A DNA stretch of 64,000 nucleotides, from assembly GCA_964016885.1 (NCBI GenBank), contig OZ024749.1:48112001-48176000 (forward strand), given 5' to 3'. Shown here piece by piece: positions 31,251 to 47,649 of this stretch. The stretch is from Eledone cirrhosa. Taxonomy: Eukaryota. The notes below the pieces were generated by a model. The model did not search any database and was not told the origin of the DNA. It saw only the letters and a list, made by a program, of their open reading frames with translations. The translations under genes and the position numbers were made by a program. Every line of letters begins with the position of its first letter. Position 1 is the first letter of the stretch.

Positions 31251-31888
31251 TAAATACTTAAAATTAAGTCTGACAAACCATATTGTGTAGTTAGTATTTG
31301 TTCACCCTGCCAAACTTGGTCCTTACGATTCGAACACATGTTTGTTTATATTAGTGTTCATCTCTTGTTTATTCACTTATATTACACGGTTCGGAAAAGC
31401 TTTTTTTTATCTAGAGCTATTTAATTGTAAGAGACTACTCTGAGTTTCTAACTCACTATATGTTTGTCGGCTCCATCATGTAGAGCTAATTTTAATGTCC
31501 TGTTAACCAGGCTGCTATTTTTAGCGGCATGGAATTTAGAGACAAACTGGGCTCCGAATGACACGTGCGATATTTCTTATTGCACGCAATTAAGTTTTCT
31601 AATATTTTTTAGAAGTGGATGGATCAATAATGTGTCAACAACTACTGAGGTGCAGAGAAAAGTGTGGACTTCACTTAATAAGATGTTGCGAAACAGTTTC
31701 CAAAACTGTTTAGTTGTTACCAAGCGATTGCCCAATATAGGTCTGTAATTTTTTTAAGTTTAATACTTAAAATTAAGTTTGACAAACAATATTGCTATAG
31801 TTAGTAATTTTTCACCCTAGCACACATGGTCTTTACGATTCGAACACATCTATGTTTATATTAGTGTTCATCTCTCTTGTTTATTCAA
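31251..31888. repeat. About 125-bp imperfect direct repeat (31251-31375 and 31761-31888)
   Basis: aatacttaaaattaagt..ttacgattcgaacacat..gtttatattagtgttcatctc..ttgtttattca occurs twice. Confidence 0.8.
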
Positions 31889-31914
31889 TGCGCAAACTAA
31901 GCACACACCACACA

Positions 31915-32226
31915 AAAAACAAGATGCCGTAGAACAGAACAAAGGACAGGAACAAAAACAAAGAAAATAATCCCCAATCACTGAAGAGGTCACATCATGT
32001 GTGACGAAATAACTTTGACAATATATGAACAACCGTCCGGTAGTGGCACCAACCAACCTACCGGAAATGTATAAATTCTTAAATTTATAAATTTAATTTA
32101 TAATAAATTGGAGTGAAAGCATCTGGTGCGTGTGTTTCTTATTGGCAACATGACCCTCCCTAAGCATAACAATATCGGTTTCAACACACGTTTTAAGATA
32201 AAGAATCTTGCTAAACAAATTCAGAA
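31915..32226 (+). mobile_element. Penelope-like repeat, family B, with HHR motif at 31978-32018
   Basis: UCA CUGAAGA G GUCACA UCAUG UGUGAC GAAA UAA CUU UGA; homologous to 43909-44165. Confidence 0.75.
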
Positions 32227-32517
<291 letters not shown>

Positions 32518-33531
32518 TTAGATATGATTATAATGGCTACCAATAATATCCCAAATGAACTAAGGAATTATTGTAACATTTTTTGGTTTTCTTGCCCAAA
32601 TACTCACATCTCCAAATCAGGAAGTATATTTGCCTCATGATAGCCTTAATAAATTGGGAAAAATTAGAAATATATTAACTTCATATTTTGTTTGTTGGCT
32701 TATATAATTCGTGGGTCACTCATTGCTCTGTCGAACAAAAAGAGACAGTGATATCTCAATTGGATAGAAAGCACCAGTGCTGCAGAAACTCACACGTCAA
32801 ATATATATGCATATATCTGTAAAGAATATTCAATATAAAAAAGTCTTCTCCCTAATGGGACGTAGTTTTTGATGAACCCAGACTATCTGGTTATCCTGTT
32901 ATCAATAGATATTGATAAAATGATGACCAGGCACATGGCGCCAGTTTGATGATTAAATCCAAGGGGATACTAACAGAAAAGGCCATTCTTTTTGTCAAAA
33001 TCACAAACATATTGTTTGTGTTCTTGGAAAGCTTACAAAAGCAATTTGTCATCTGAATATGGCGAAGGGAAAAAGTGTTGATCAACTGTGACAATCCTCG
33101 CATTTCCACTATGGAAATTCTTTTCAGATCATGAGAAGCATATAAGGTAAATAATTCCTAGATAATACATTCTCATCTTTCCCTACACACTACATTTCTG
33201 AAAGCGTAGAAACTGATTCAACCGCATTAAAACTATGCAACGGTTATTCACGTATCAAGTGGACTAGACGATAATACATCTAAATACATAGAAAGGAAAA
33301 TAACTTTTAAGTATTACTCTGTGTGTTCAATGTATTTGCCAATATATATGTATGATCGCACACATAATTCGATCATTTGTATACATAAAGATAAATACAG
33401 ATTACTTGTCTACCTATCTATGTTGCTATCTATCTTTCTATTTCTTATATATATGTATATATATATAAGTGACTTTCTCCTTTTATCTGTATTACAGCCT
33501 CTCGTTCTGTATATATACTTATATATGTATG

Positions 33532-33680
<149 letters not shown>

Positions 33681-34001
33681 GTGTGTGTGGATGTTACTGT
33701 AACTGCACGTGCAGAGCCACGCATATAATGAGTGCGACTTACATGTAGGAGGGTGACAATCTAAGATTGTTAATCAAATAGATATTGATAGATGCACACA
33801 TATATTGATAGTACAGATACATAGATTGTTATCGTCGGCTGTATAGATATGGGCATGTAAATCAATAAGCAAGGAGGACAGAGTTTGTTTAGCGAGATCA
33901 ATGAATTGAACACTGACTAACAAAAATATCATAAACATATGAATGGTACAAAATAAAATGTTAGATATATGAGAACAGTCAGAAGAATATATATATATAT
34001 C

Positions 34002-34035
<34 letters not shown>

Positions 34036-36231
34036 AGTATATATACATATTTCATTGAGTTTTTTTATGGGTGCCAGTGTGTACTTGTGTATGTGACTGT
34101 GGGTATGTGAGTAAACATATACATACGTATGCATATGGAGAGGTGGGAGAGATGCTAGCTGTGAGAGATTATCAGTCAGACTGAGCGACCGCGATTGTTT
34201 TTGTAAAAATCATTCGAAGTTAGAATTACTAATAATACTAGGACCCTGAGGTCAATGTTTGAACTGATTATATACTACTTCTGTCTTTGACATCTATAGA
34301 TTTCTGCGTATTTATTTTTATTTCATATGTATGTTTTACTTCATTATGTTTTTTTTTAGTTCTTGTGTGCTGAAAACAAATGTCGCATTGTTTGTACAGT
34401 ACATCGGTATATATACGACTGTAAATCTAAAGGAAATTAAAACCCGTATTTCAAATATAAGATTTTCTACAATATACTGAATGGTTTTATATTGTTTGAA
34501 GAGAAAATTGAATGTTTTCACTGCCAGGAGGCATAGCCATTGCTATTCCATACTAGATCTGTTTTGCTTTGGAATAATGCTATAGATTTAGCAAATAATG
34601 GAGGAAATTGGAAGCTGTGGCCTTCAAACATTTGCCGCAAATATATTAGTTTCTTACATAAAAACTATTTAGATTTCGATTTTTGTGGCATAGCTGAATA
34701 AGAACTTCATGTCATTCCAATGATATTTGGGGACGACTTAATAAGTATATGAAATCTATGGAAATTGAGAAACGTGAACATTCTGTATACAGCGATGTAT
34801 ATCAATAGATATGTTGAATAAGTCCTGTTATTAACGTGCAGGATTGTGTACTTTGGTCTTATACATCTCTCTTAACACGAAGAGAGCAACTAACATCCGA
34901 GAAAAGAGAGCAAAATGCGCCAGGGAAATGTAGATGGGAAAGCATGCAGAAATAGAGAAAAAAATGAGCGAGAGGGAGAGATAGAGTGATTGGTTAAATG
35001 GGTTTTCTTTAACCCACAGGTGAATCAGGTTTGACCAAGCACGAAATTCATACAGGCATTGACATTCTTTTACAAATATATATCGTAAACATGAGGGCAA
35101 CTTTAATTTGCGATGCAGTTGACTGCTATTTCAAAATAACAACATGTAATTTAATATGTATTAATATATATTATTAATTCTTGCGAAAAGCGTTTGAATG
35201 CGACGAGGAATATTTCGAAACATTATATATGATTATTATTACATACTTTTGATGAGCAATGCATTGAATATAAAAATGTTATGTATCTGTTGATAACAAT
35301 TTTGAAGCAATGTCTTGCATTCAAATTTAGAATTGCATAGCAGACAATAGTTCAATCGAGTTATATTGCAAAAGTGTACATAACATTTCTTCCGTCAGAA
35401 ACATAATTAAACTTAAGTGAATATTGAAAGCAACCGGATGTTAATCACTCAACATAGATACCAAAAAAATGTATGTTCAGAAAAATCACGTGTATTATCA
35501 TGCGACTGATTTATTCAATGCGGTTTACTTTCTGATTTTAAGGATGCCATTGCTACAAAATCTATTGCGGATATTCTATTCTGCTGTCATTGGTAAAGTG
35601 AGGCTGCAAATTATTGCACCGATCCGTTATATAATGTAATATAGTATAACAGAAAAGCTGGAATCAGAAATATACTTCAAAAGGAAATAAATAAAAATAA
35701 TAAAACTAGAAAGAATAAATAAAGTAAAACATGGCTTCTTTGATAGACAAAAAACTGTTACAATACGTAAGAAGCCAATACGAAGGGAGAAATGTCTGTT
35801 ATTTTCGATTTTACTAAAGGCATTATACATTATTGTATGCTGGGAAAATCTTCTTTTATACTCTACAGATAATGATTTACAATACAGTTAGAATTACTAT
35901 TTTTCCGAACTCTTTCAATTCATATCGAACTACGATTTCACAGAAACACCGAAGCAACATTAACTTTCTATTTTGAAAACTTCTTTATAATTTCAACAGT
36001 GTTAACAATATAGTTGGACCGACAGCATCCTAAAAGATACTACAAAGAGACAGAATTGAATATCTTTCTCACTCGTATTCAGAGAAATAGTTATTTCCAT
36101 GCTTCTCCGTTTGTTTTAACATCATATGTTAAATAAAAATAATAAAATGCAATAAAATATGTAAGCATCAATGTTGGCATTATCTTTACTTAATACGTTG
36201 TTGCGTATCACAATTACGTCTGGATTTCAAT

Positions 36232-36307
<76 letters not shown>

Positions 36308-36711
36308 ATATATATGTATATATATATATATATAATTAATATATCATTGGATTACTGAGAATATAAAGTGAAAGTACCCTAACACTAGGCACATTTGTTC
36401 TTGTGAGTCACTTTTATTCTTCAGCTTGCCAACAATTTGTACGTGGCAGCATGAACTTTCTCGTCTGTTGTAGACTGTTAGATAACAAAGTAAAAGCAAA
36501 TACTACTGAATAATTAAAATGAGATTAGGTTATCACCTTATCAAAGGTAAGGAAGCTAAATAGATGCTGAGCAGCATACCGTTCAACGTTTTACTACATG
36601 TGATATAGATCTCACTAACATTAAACCACTCAGCATAAATGAACTGTTGGAAGTTATATATATCTATATATCTATATATACATATATTACGCACATGTAT
36701 ATGTACATATT

Positions 36712-36917
<206 letters not shown>

Positions 36918-37049
36918 GTTTGTTTGTATATGAGTGTGTGTATGAAGATTACTGTATCTTACAACTCAGGCAATAGCAAACCATAAAACTTTAACCTTAA
37001 GCTCTTTTCGTGTTTCATTTGGCAACATGTTGTCGTGCTTTATTTCTAA

Positions 37050-37140
<91 letters not shown>

Positions 37141-40017
37141 TAGATAGATAGATATATAGATAGATAAATACAGATATATATGCAGACAGAGTGAAGGATT
37201 GTGAGAATGTTTGAGTGATATATATAGTGAAGCATATATAGAGATAGATTGAGAAAGAAACCCAAGTATACATGCAGATTTATATCAAGATAAAATTACA
37301 TTACCTCTTTCTCCGTAATCTACCCATTCAACAATCCACTCAGTCATTCAACGATATATCCAAGCATATATGCAGATGCGCGCATGCACAAAAGTACATA
37401 CACAAACACACGCAACCACACATACACACACACACACAGACACACACGCGCGCACACACACATACACACACACACACACATATATATATATAGTATATAT
37501 ATGCATATATATATATATATGCATATATTCATATATATATATATATATTTATATATATATGCATATATATATATATATGCATATATACATATATATATAT
37601 ATATATATTAATATCGATATATAAGTGTATATACGTAGATATACACATGTATATAAGTGTATATACGTACATATACATATGTATATAACATTATATATAC
37701 GTATATATATATATATATATGAATAAATAACTAATCATATAAATTCACCATGTTACTATCAAATCTGATACGAACGATAATGGAAAAGGCAAAAAAAAAA
37801 AAATGTTAGTGCCAGGGATAGTTTGCGTTAGAACGGGATTACTCTCAGTGTTGGAATACAACATATAGATTCTGGCAGTTCTCCAAATCAACACATCAAT
37901 AAGTACTGCAATCCGCTTTCATTGCTCTGGTTAGCTTAAGTTCAGTGATGTTATTACTAGATCTTATAATTATGAAACAGAATCTAACAGATTGGATTTC
38001 TCTACAAATTCACTGTACATCTTTCAACTTGCAATTTGTATCAACCTCAACGTCCAGCTTCAAATATTTCTTATCGGATTACACTGCAATACACGTTCAT
38101 AAAGTCAGATATTCACATATCAAATATAAAACTGCCAATTCATTACAAACGCGAACAGCAATTTGCTATATCTATCTCTCAAACTCTCGCAGTGGAAATA
38201 TACGCCCGCACACACAAACACACATTCATCTATAAGTATGAAATGAGATAGATAGATAGATAGATAGATATATAGAGACAGATAAGGAGATTGAGATATA
38301 TATATATAATGAGCGGGAGAGAGGTAGAGCGAGTCTTAAGTAAAATACTTGTTTTTTTAAATATTTTTATGCACGAAATAAATAATTTAAGGATATTTAT
38401 TTTACTATTCCCTACTTAAAATACATTTTATACATTGGCAAGAAAACCACTGAGAAACACACGAACCGAATAGTCCAAGTGGTTATGTATCACCTCATAT
38501 GTTTTCATTAAATGAACTCATATGATAAAAATACCCAAAGTGAATCTTCAAATTATTTTCCTTTACACTGTATTTCACTCGATTATATATCATTTCATCA
38601 TAATCTGCACTATGCATGAATAACACTCCATTTACATGTGATAGTATAAGCAGTTAAATTTATAAGTAAACATAGCGAAGAAAGAATTTTACAATTTTTC
38701 ACATATTCTTTGAAAAATATACCAGCCATTGACTGACTATATTAGTTTGCCATTTGCCATCAAGACTATGGCATCCAATGTACCCAAAATGCCATTTGCT
38801 CGGCGTAGTACATTTCACATGCGAAATAAAATCAATAGTATGTAATAGTCAATGCAATGTTTTCGTGAAAATGGTTTCATGTTCTGAATCCTCGGGCTTT
38901 GAGGAGTTATACCATTCACACATGTGCACGGTTCCTATTTCTGCCTTCTTTTTTTTATTCATATATTCTACCCAACTCTTTGCTCTTTCCTCTCTTCGTG
39001 TTTCTATATACAGAGAATTTGAATTCAAAAAAATGTATGAAAGAACAATGCCTAATATCTGAACGTAAAGACGGTAACACTAACTCCATATCTCCTAATC
39101 TTTACTATGAAACGTTTCATATCCTTAGACCTATTGCCTTTTATATTTCGTGATCAGACTATATGTATGCGACATAATTTAATGTTAGCTGTTAATGTTG
39201 GAAACTAATACGTACCGAAAAATGTGTCTGACAATGCGTCAGGAGATTCGACAAATATATATATATATATACATAAACAATATAAAACAAAACTGTTAAC
39301 GACCGTATTTTGATATCCTATGCATGTTGTATTACTAAAAAATCACGCTAGTTGTTTCTTTTGATTTAATATATTGTTGACGATATAATAGACCCAAGAC
39401 TCAGAATATGCCATCATGTAAATATTCACATCAGTTTAGTATTTTCCTGATTACTATTTTCACGTAGTTTACTTGGTGATATTCTAAACCACTTGATGCA
39501 TGTTTGTATTTCATTAGGTAGCAAATTAACTGTATTCATAAGCATTTACGTTTCATAAATAGATCCCGCTTCGTGTACTTAATAAACTAGATAGTGAGTA
39601 CGCGTCTATTTGCAAATAGCTTAATTTAATGATTATGAATGTAAAATTAAACATTGACTAAGCAGGCACACATTTTCTAACATCACTGTACAAAGCAAAC
39701 AGCGGAACAAATATCTCGAAAGTAAACCATATGCATTAATGTAATATACTCATTTATTGTACAAACATCCCAAGGCCATATACTTAGTTTCACTTAGTTT
39801 CACAGGTTCAAATAATCGAATAATGTTTGTCAACAATGTAATCATCTCGCGAAAGAAGGGGAGGAATTATTTTTCAAAATATATAGAATTCAATGCCGAT
39901 AACTAGATTGCTAACTCTAAGTATATATGTAAACATATCGGCATTAAGGCAGCACACGCAAACTCACAATGTTCAGTGTACATGTTTGATGAGGAACAGA
40001 ATGCATTCGGACAAATA

Positions 40018-40067
<50 letters not shown>

Positions 40068-40418
40068 ATATATGTATCTATGTGTATATGTGTGTATGTC
40101 TGTGTATCCATATACCTATGTTTATATTTGGGTGTGGGGATAAGTGTGTGCGCCTGCGTAGGAGTTCGTCTATGAGGGGATGTGAGATTTAAACTATGTA
40201 TGCACGTGAACATATAAAAGACCACTCACATGCATGTTTATATTCATTTATTTTGTTACTACTTACGCTCCACCGCTTTCGATGAGAGCAAATCTTGCGC
40301 TTATTGCATTCTGCTACTTAACTTAACTTTATCGGTCTATATTTTATGGATTGTGTAAATGTACATTCTTTTCAGTATCTTGTCTTAATATATATATATA
40401 AAAGAAATGAACTAAGAC

Positions 40419-40458
<40 letters not shown>

Positions 40459-40749
40459 AATGAATTAAGGCAATAAATTAAATTGTTATATCTGAATGAA
40501 ATAAATAAAGTGGTCAAGCTGAATTCATGCAACAAGATATTGACTAAATGTGTCCAACGAAAGAATAGGGATCAGAAAAAGGAACATGTGGAATAAAAGT
40601 AATGTATACATTCATACGTGCATATGTACATATATAGGCATACATGCATACGAACACATACATAACGCATGTATGTGTGTATATGCATGTGTGCGTATGT
40701 GTGTGTATATCTGTGTATGTGAATTCATACAGATATTCATGCTTTCCAG

Positions 40750-41060
40750 AATGAAACACGGAAGCTGAAATTAAGAAACATTGAAAATGATGTCTCACAA
40801 TTATACTGCTGGAACATAAGGATAAACCACCACCAAATTAGAAGATAATCAGCCCGATATTGTTGTTCGAAATAACAGATTAACAGATGGTTCCGTTGAA
40901 TAAGTCAGCTGCCTACTCGAGTTTATTCTAGTAGAAAACATACAAAAGATAGATAAGAACCAATACCCAAGGTGCATATTCAGATTCATCTCTAATATCA
41001 TCCTACAGCAAAATATGAGTAATCTTGGAATTATGGTGAAAGAACGAATCCCCTTAATTC
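40750..41060 (+). mobile_element. Degraded non-LTR retrotransposon, restriction-like endonuclease region (R4/Dong-like)
   Basis: Frameshifted translation IEND....WNIRI..TKLEDNQPDIVVRNN...VE*VSC resembles the NxPDIV..E.SCP RLE motif. Confidence 0.5.
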
Positions 41061-41718
41061 ATTGTCTACAAATGATCAAGTTATCTAGAACCAGATGCCT
41101 TGATGACGAAAGTATTGCTACAGTTGAACCCTACCTAAGAAGAGAAATATATTCTCAAACGGAACTATTTAATGTCACCGTAATAGCTACTTAGGATTTT
41201 TTCTGACATGAATGAAATTAACAAGTGTGATGGTTTACACAAGAAAGAATTACAACTGGTTGACTGACAAGTGGGGTTAAACGTTATTTGTCGTGAAACT
41301 AAAAGTAACCTTGTGTATTGTAAATGCACACCGTCCGGTTTCGTTACCATAGGATCGTTGTTTCGATATCATGAGCAGGCGATGATTGTTGTTCTGAGCA
41401 AAATACGGTACTTAAAATTGGTTTATTTTCATGCTATAAGTTGTGTGTCGCAGAATAATTATCAGCGAAGGAAGACCACTTGAATAAATATGTTCTCGGT
41501 CTTTCCATTTGTGTGACTGTGTGTGTTGATTACGGAATTTTGTTCGCAAAATATGTATAACATTAATTCTATTACTAAAGATATGCGTGCCTGTGTATTG
41601 GTGTACATAAGCAAATACACACACGTACATATACACATTTGCAGGCACGTATCTGCTAGCACACGTATAAAAGCATATGTAAGCGCACGCAAACAAATAC
41701 GCACACACAGGCGCATAG

Positions 41719-41749
<31 letters not shown>

Positions 41750-42172
41750 TGTATGTTTGTAAGTAAGCATGTATGTATATATTACACATTGATCGAAGTA
41801 TCTCTGAAGGCACAGATATCTCACACACCAACGATCCACGGAGTCAATGAAATTAAATGACGCAAGGAAAACACACATCGATATTCTCGAAGCCTTTTCT
41901 TATAAATACCGATGAATATAGATGTTCTATGATTTCCTATATATGCATGCGTTCGGTGTACTTTATGTTTTAGTTTTCTATTCCGGCCGACGAAATATCA
42001 ACATGTCCATGCTCCGTGATATAAATATGGCGAGAATTATATCCTATTTGAAAAGACTACACACGCACAAACTCTCACCCCCCCCCCCCCCCCCATACAC
42101 ACACACAACACACACGCACATACACACACACAACGCACACATAGACACATATACTAATATGTATATATATAC

Positions 42173-42266
<94 letters not shown>

Positions 42267-42272
42267 TTGTGT

Positions 42273-42333
<61 letters not shown>

Positions 42334-42337
42334 TACG

Positions 42338-42372
<35 letters not shown>

Positions 42373-42495
42373 TTGTGTATACATATATATGTGGGTGTAT
42401 ATATATATATATATAAATATATACGTTCATATATATATATGTATATATATACGTTCATATATATATATATGTATATATATATGTATGTTTATATG

Positions 42496-42545
<50 letters not shown>

Positions 42546-42700
42546 CGTATATGTGTGTATGTTAATGTGTAAATGTAAACTTTCTTTTTGAAAAATCTGA
42601 ATTCATATGCGTACATACAGATTTCAAATAAAAATCAGTAAATAAAATAATACAGTTAATAATGATAAATAATATTTTTAATATTAGTATTATTATCAGG

Positions 42701-42775
<75 letters not shown>
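42701..42775. repeat. (AGT)n microsatellite
   Basis: Seen directly in sequence. Confidence 0.95.
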
Positions 42776-42776
<1 letters not shown>

Positions 42777-42868
42777 TAGTTCAATACTTCAAGATATTTC
42801 CTTTTGAATTTGGTGAACATCTGATTCTTTAATTTGTATGGTTACTCGCCTTTCATGCATTGAATACG

Positions 42869-42934
<66 letters not shown>

Positions 42935-42935
42935 A

Positions 42936-43007
<72 letters not shown>

Positions 43008-43106
43008 GTATGTATATATACACACATGTGTGTATATTTACATATATATATATATATATATATACATATGTATGTATATATACACACATGTGTGTATATT
43101 TACATA

Positions 43107-43212
<106 letters not shown>

Positions 43213-43234
43213 TTTATACACATACGCACACACA

Positions 43235-43272
<38 letters not shown>

Positions 43273-43275
43273 GGG

Positions 43276-43319
<44 letters not shown>

Positions 43320-43556
43320 ATATGTGTGTCTGTATGTATATATATAATCTTTTCTGACATTTGCAATAACCTCGCGTTCATTAATCTCTACATTGTAAGT
43401 GAAATCCACATAAGTATGGCGCTGTGACAAAATTCACACAAACATGTATATTTTCTATACAAACGCAGCATTGAATAGATCAAATATATATTTTAAATAT
43501 GGGATATTACATAAAAGTAGTATTTCAAAACCTGTCAGAATTTGGCAATATGTATT

Positions 43557-43798
<242 letters not shown>

Positions 43799-43908
43799 CG
43801 AAAATTAAATTAGTTACCTACCTGGCTATGTGTGCTTACAAACTCTTACAAATTATTCCCTGTGATTGATTTATATATTTATTTTGGGTATATATATATT
43901 TTTTTTTT

Positions 43909-44162
43909 CAACAAGATGGCGTAGGACAGAACAAAGGAGAGGCACAAAAAACAAAGAAAAGAATCCCCAGTCACTGAAGAAGTCACATAATGTGTGCCGA
44001 AATAACTTTCACAATATATAAACCATCTTCTTGTTGTGGAACCAACCAACCAACTGGAAATTTATAAATTCCTAAATTTATAAATGTATTGTAATAAATT
44101 GAAGTTAAAGCAACTGTTGCGTGTGTTTCTTATTGGCATCATAACCCTCCCAAAGTATAACA

Positions 44163-44165
<3 letters not shown>
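43909..44165 (+). mobile_element. Penelope-like repeat, family B, with degenerate HHR near 43970-44012
   Basis: gtca ctgaaga a gtcaca taatg tgtgcc gaaa taactt; matches the 31915 copy. Confidence 0.75.
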
Positions 44166-44192
<27 letters not shown>

Positions 44193-44193
<1 letters not shown>

Positions 44194-44448
44194 AAGAGAT
44201 GAAATCGAAAATGCAAATGGAGTCTTATTTTAAGAAAAAAAAAAAAATTTATTTGCTTCCTTTACCGGTTTCAGAATTCTTCTGCTTTTTTCTCACAGTT
44301 TTCTCACAGTGAGAAAAATCACAGACCCTCCATATCAACTCTACTTTTGAAAAGCAGAATAATTGCGAAACCGGTAAAAGAACCAAATAAATATATATAT
44401 ATATTTTTAAAAATAAGACTCCGGTCGCATTTTCTATTTCATCTTTTT
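44193..44448. repeat. Inverted repeat (about 100-bp arms) with HHR-like motif at 44345-44378 (+)
   Basis: gagatgaaat..ggagtcttatttt..tttaccggtttc / gaaaccggtaaa..aaaataagactcc..atttcatct. Confidence 0.75.
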
Positions 44449-44540
44449 TTCTTTATACTTTCACTCGTGTAGGTCACCTCGGTTATTTTTCATTTCGTAA
44501 AAAAAACCCACTTTCTAATATATATATATGATATATATAC

Positions 44541-44783
44541 ACTTAGGATAGTAGAGCGGGTAATAGGTACGAGTAGGACCCCGACGACGGCTGATCTCAA
44601 GCCGTTTCGACGGCTAATTCTGTACAATGAAAAAAAAATGTTGTTTAGTCCAGAATTAGCCGTCGAAACGGGTTGAGCTCAGCCGTCGGGGTCCTACTCG
44701 TTCCTATTACCCACTCTAATACCCTATGCATTGAGTACTTTGGTGCGTTATGATCCATATGGTTCCTTACCACATTTCCTTCG

Positions 44784-44786
<3 letters not shown>
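44541..44786 (+). mobile_element. Fold-back short element, family C (longest copy)
   Basis: About 85-bp inverted arms plus a unique tail ending ccttcgtta, in (TA)n. Confidence 0.85.
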
Positions 44787-44842
<56 letters not shown>

Positions 44843-45300
44843 CATACTTGCACACACGCAAATACATACACATATATATTACTTGTATATGTGTCTGCAT
44901 GTACACACACACAGACACACACATACATACAGACTCCAAAACACACACTTATATATATATAGGTATATATAGGTATAGTACCATTAACATAGTTGGTGTT
45001 ACATGGTATTAATGTTGTATAATATTTAATTTAGTTTCCTCTCGGTTAAAAAAACATGATTCTACTATGAGCTCATTTTCCTATATTCTTGTTGTTACTT
45101 AAGTAATAATAATTATCGTTGTTTAACTTCACGGCAAACTTAAGCAATCAGGTATAGTTATTGTTTTATATTGCGACAAATGCACAGTGATATAGCAGCA
45201 GTGTTATACCACGATATTCATACCATGATTTTCATCATTCGACATACCACTGTGAGCATACAGAATCGTTCAAAGTCACACTCTACATGAGTGTATGACA

Positions 45301-45331
<31 letters not shown>

Positions 45332-45399
45332 TTATTTTCATATAATTTATTTATATAGTGAAAGAAAACGTTTGAGAACATACATATATATGTATCTGT

Positions 45400-45680
45400 G
45401 GAGGCACGTGGCTTAGTGGTAAAGGTTTTGGTCCTACGATCCTAATGTCCTGGTTTCGTTCCTAGATTGCGTGTTGTGTTCTTGAGCAAAACACTTCACG
45501 TTGCTCCAGTATGCTCAGCTGAAAATGTGTACCACCAATAGGTGGGGGTTTAAACTTGGGATTGGCTGGCGTCTATTCCAGTGGGGTGGGGGTGGGGGGT
45601 GGGGGCTTGTACACTTGTACACGCAATGAAACCAAGATAAGCAGCGGCCAAATGAACCTTTTGGCTTAATACAGACTTTT
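45400..45680 (+). mobile_element. tRNA-derived SINE, family 2
   Basis: A-box GTGGCTTAGTGG, B-box-like GGTTTCGTTCC, then gtgttgtgttcttgagcaaaacact. Confidence 0.7.
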
Positions 45681-45699
45681 CAAATTAATATATACATAT

Positions 45700-45767
<68 letters not shown>

Positions 45768-46167
45768 TTAATTTTACATATTATTTATTATTTTATCTTA
45801 TTCACACGATACAGATCATCTTCGCTTTGGCAAATAAACAAAAAAAAAAAAGAAGAAAAAAAACAAATAAATGAAAAAAGAAAAAAAGCAAACAATTTAT
45901 CAGTCGCTTTGTTTCTTAGAATCTGAACTGTTCTGCAGTTTATTACAGTTTTGCTTGAACATCGAACAGCAGAATATCTGGTGCTAGTCATATTTTATTA
46001 ATAAATGACACTCGGCGTCAAAGGGAAGGTGTAGAAGAAATAGTATTGTAGCTTCACACCTTTCTAAACATAAGAAATCAATATTAGTAATAAGACTTTT
46101 TTCCTTCTTTTATTTTTCTGTTTGAAACGAACAATTCTGATGAAAATAAATATAGAAATGAAGAGAT

Positions 46168-46243
<76 letters not shown>

Positions 46244-46483
46244 CTACATTTGTAGTAAACATCTGCATTTGATCGATTTCTATTTGGTACTTTTTGAATT
46301 ACATTGACTGCAGATAACACTGTTAGAGTTTCGCTTTAAAGAGAGACGAAGAAAAAAAAGACTGCTACACAAACGCATAGCTTTCTTCGAATAATATAAG
46401 ATATATAGAGCAAAGCAAGATCTATATATCATTCATATGTGCCGTCTCCCTGTTTCCTTGTTCTCTCTCCTTCACTTACATAA

Positions 46484-46562
<79 letters not shown>

Positions 46563-47202
46563 ATACATACCCATACATATATAAATAGGTAGGAAAACAT
46601 TCTCTCTTAAATAAAATAATACATTTTACATGTATACTCGAACTGTGAGTTCACAAACGTACATGTAGAATATTTTCGTATTATTTTGTGGATGTATTTA
46701 TCTGTGGATGTATGAAGACATACATATCAATCTATGTGTTTGTGTGATCATGTGCTTACTTATTTAGCATGTGTTTGTGTGTACACCATAAGTTTGTTGT
46801 TATTGGTGTCATTTATTTACAGGACAGTACTGTTCGTCTGATATTTACATAGTAGCTGTGCACTATAATTACTTTATCATCTTCATAATTTCGAACTGAA
46901 CATACCACTACTCAATATATCTAGTTACATTTTATCTTGAAGGCATGGCGCTTCATAAGTGTTGCCGAAAATCAGAACATAACGTCTGCTTCGTGATATT
47001 GACTAATCACCTACAGCTTTATATTCTGAGATAAAAATCACAATAATCTATACACACGTAGATTTGTATATGTATGTATAGACATACATATATGAGTGCA
47101 TATATAGCTATATACACGTAAACATATTTACCCCCGCCCCCCCCCCCCCCACACACATATATATATATATATGTACATATAAATATACCTATACACACGT
47201 GC

Positions 47203-47233
<31 letters not shown>

Positions 47234-47236
<3 letters not shown>

Positions 47237-47424
47237 CGAAGGAGTTGTGGTCAGGAAACAGATGGACCATAACGCACCAGAATACTCAATACTTAGGATA
47301 GTAGAGTGGGTAATAGTAAAATGTATGACCCCGACGGCAGAGTTCAAGCCGATTCGACGGCTATTTCTAGTCCAGAAATAGCCGTCGAGACGGCTTGAGC
47401 TCTACCGTCGGGGTCATGCATTTT

Positions 47425-47428
<4 letters not shown>
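47234..47428 (-). mobile_element. Fold-back short element, family C
   Basis: Same ends and hairpin as 29023-29224; (TA)n on both sides. Confidence 0.85.
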
Positions 47429-47467
<39 letters not shown>

Positions 47468-47649
47468 GCACGTATGTATAGGTATATGTACACATACAAA
47501 CACAAACACAAACACACACACACATGCACTCAAACCTCAAACTCACACCACACACACACGCGCGCGCACGCACACACACACACACAATAATATATATATA
47601 TATATATATAATATAATATAATATAATATAATATAATATAATATAATAT

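Noticed and set aside
33821-33838. Possible 18-nt microexon (tacag|CCGACGATAACAATCTAT|gtatct)
   Set aside because: Weak donor, and it would split the conserved LG-FL core
41095-41165. HHR-like fragments (ttgatgacgaaag; ctaagaagagaa..ttctcaaac)
   Set aside because: Core nucleotides and stems are incomplete
45788-45991. Minus-strand QSEDDLY resembling the esterase SEDCLYLN motif, after a long pyrimidine tract
   Set aside because: It lies downstream of the exon it should precede, lacks the Cys, has an AAG acceptor and no good in-frame donor
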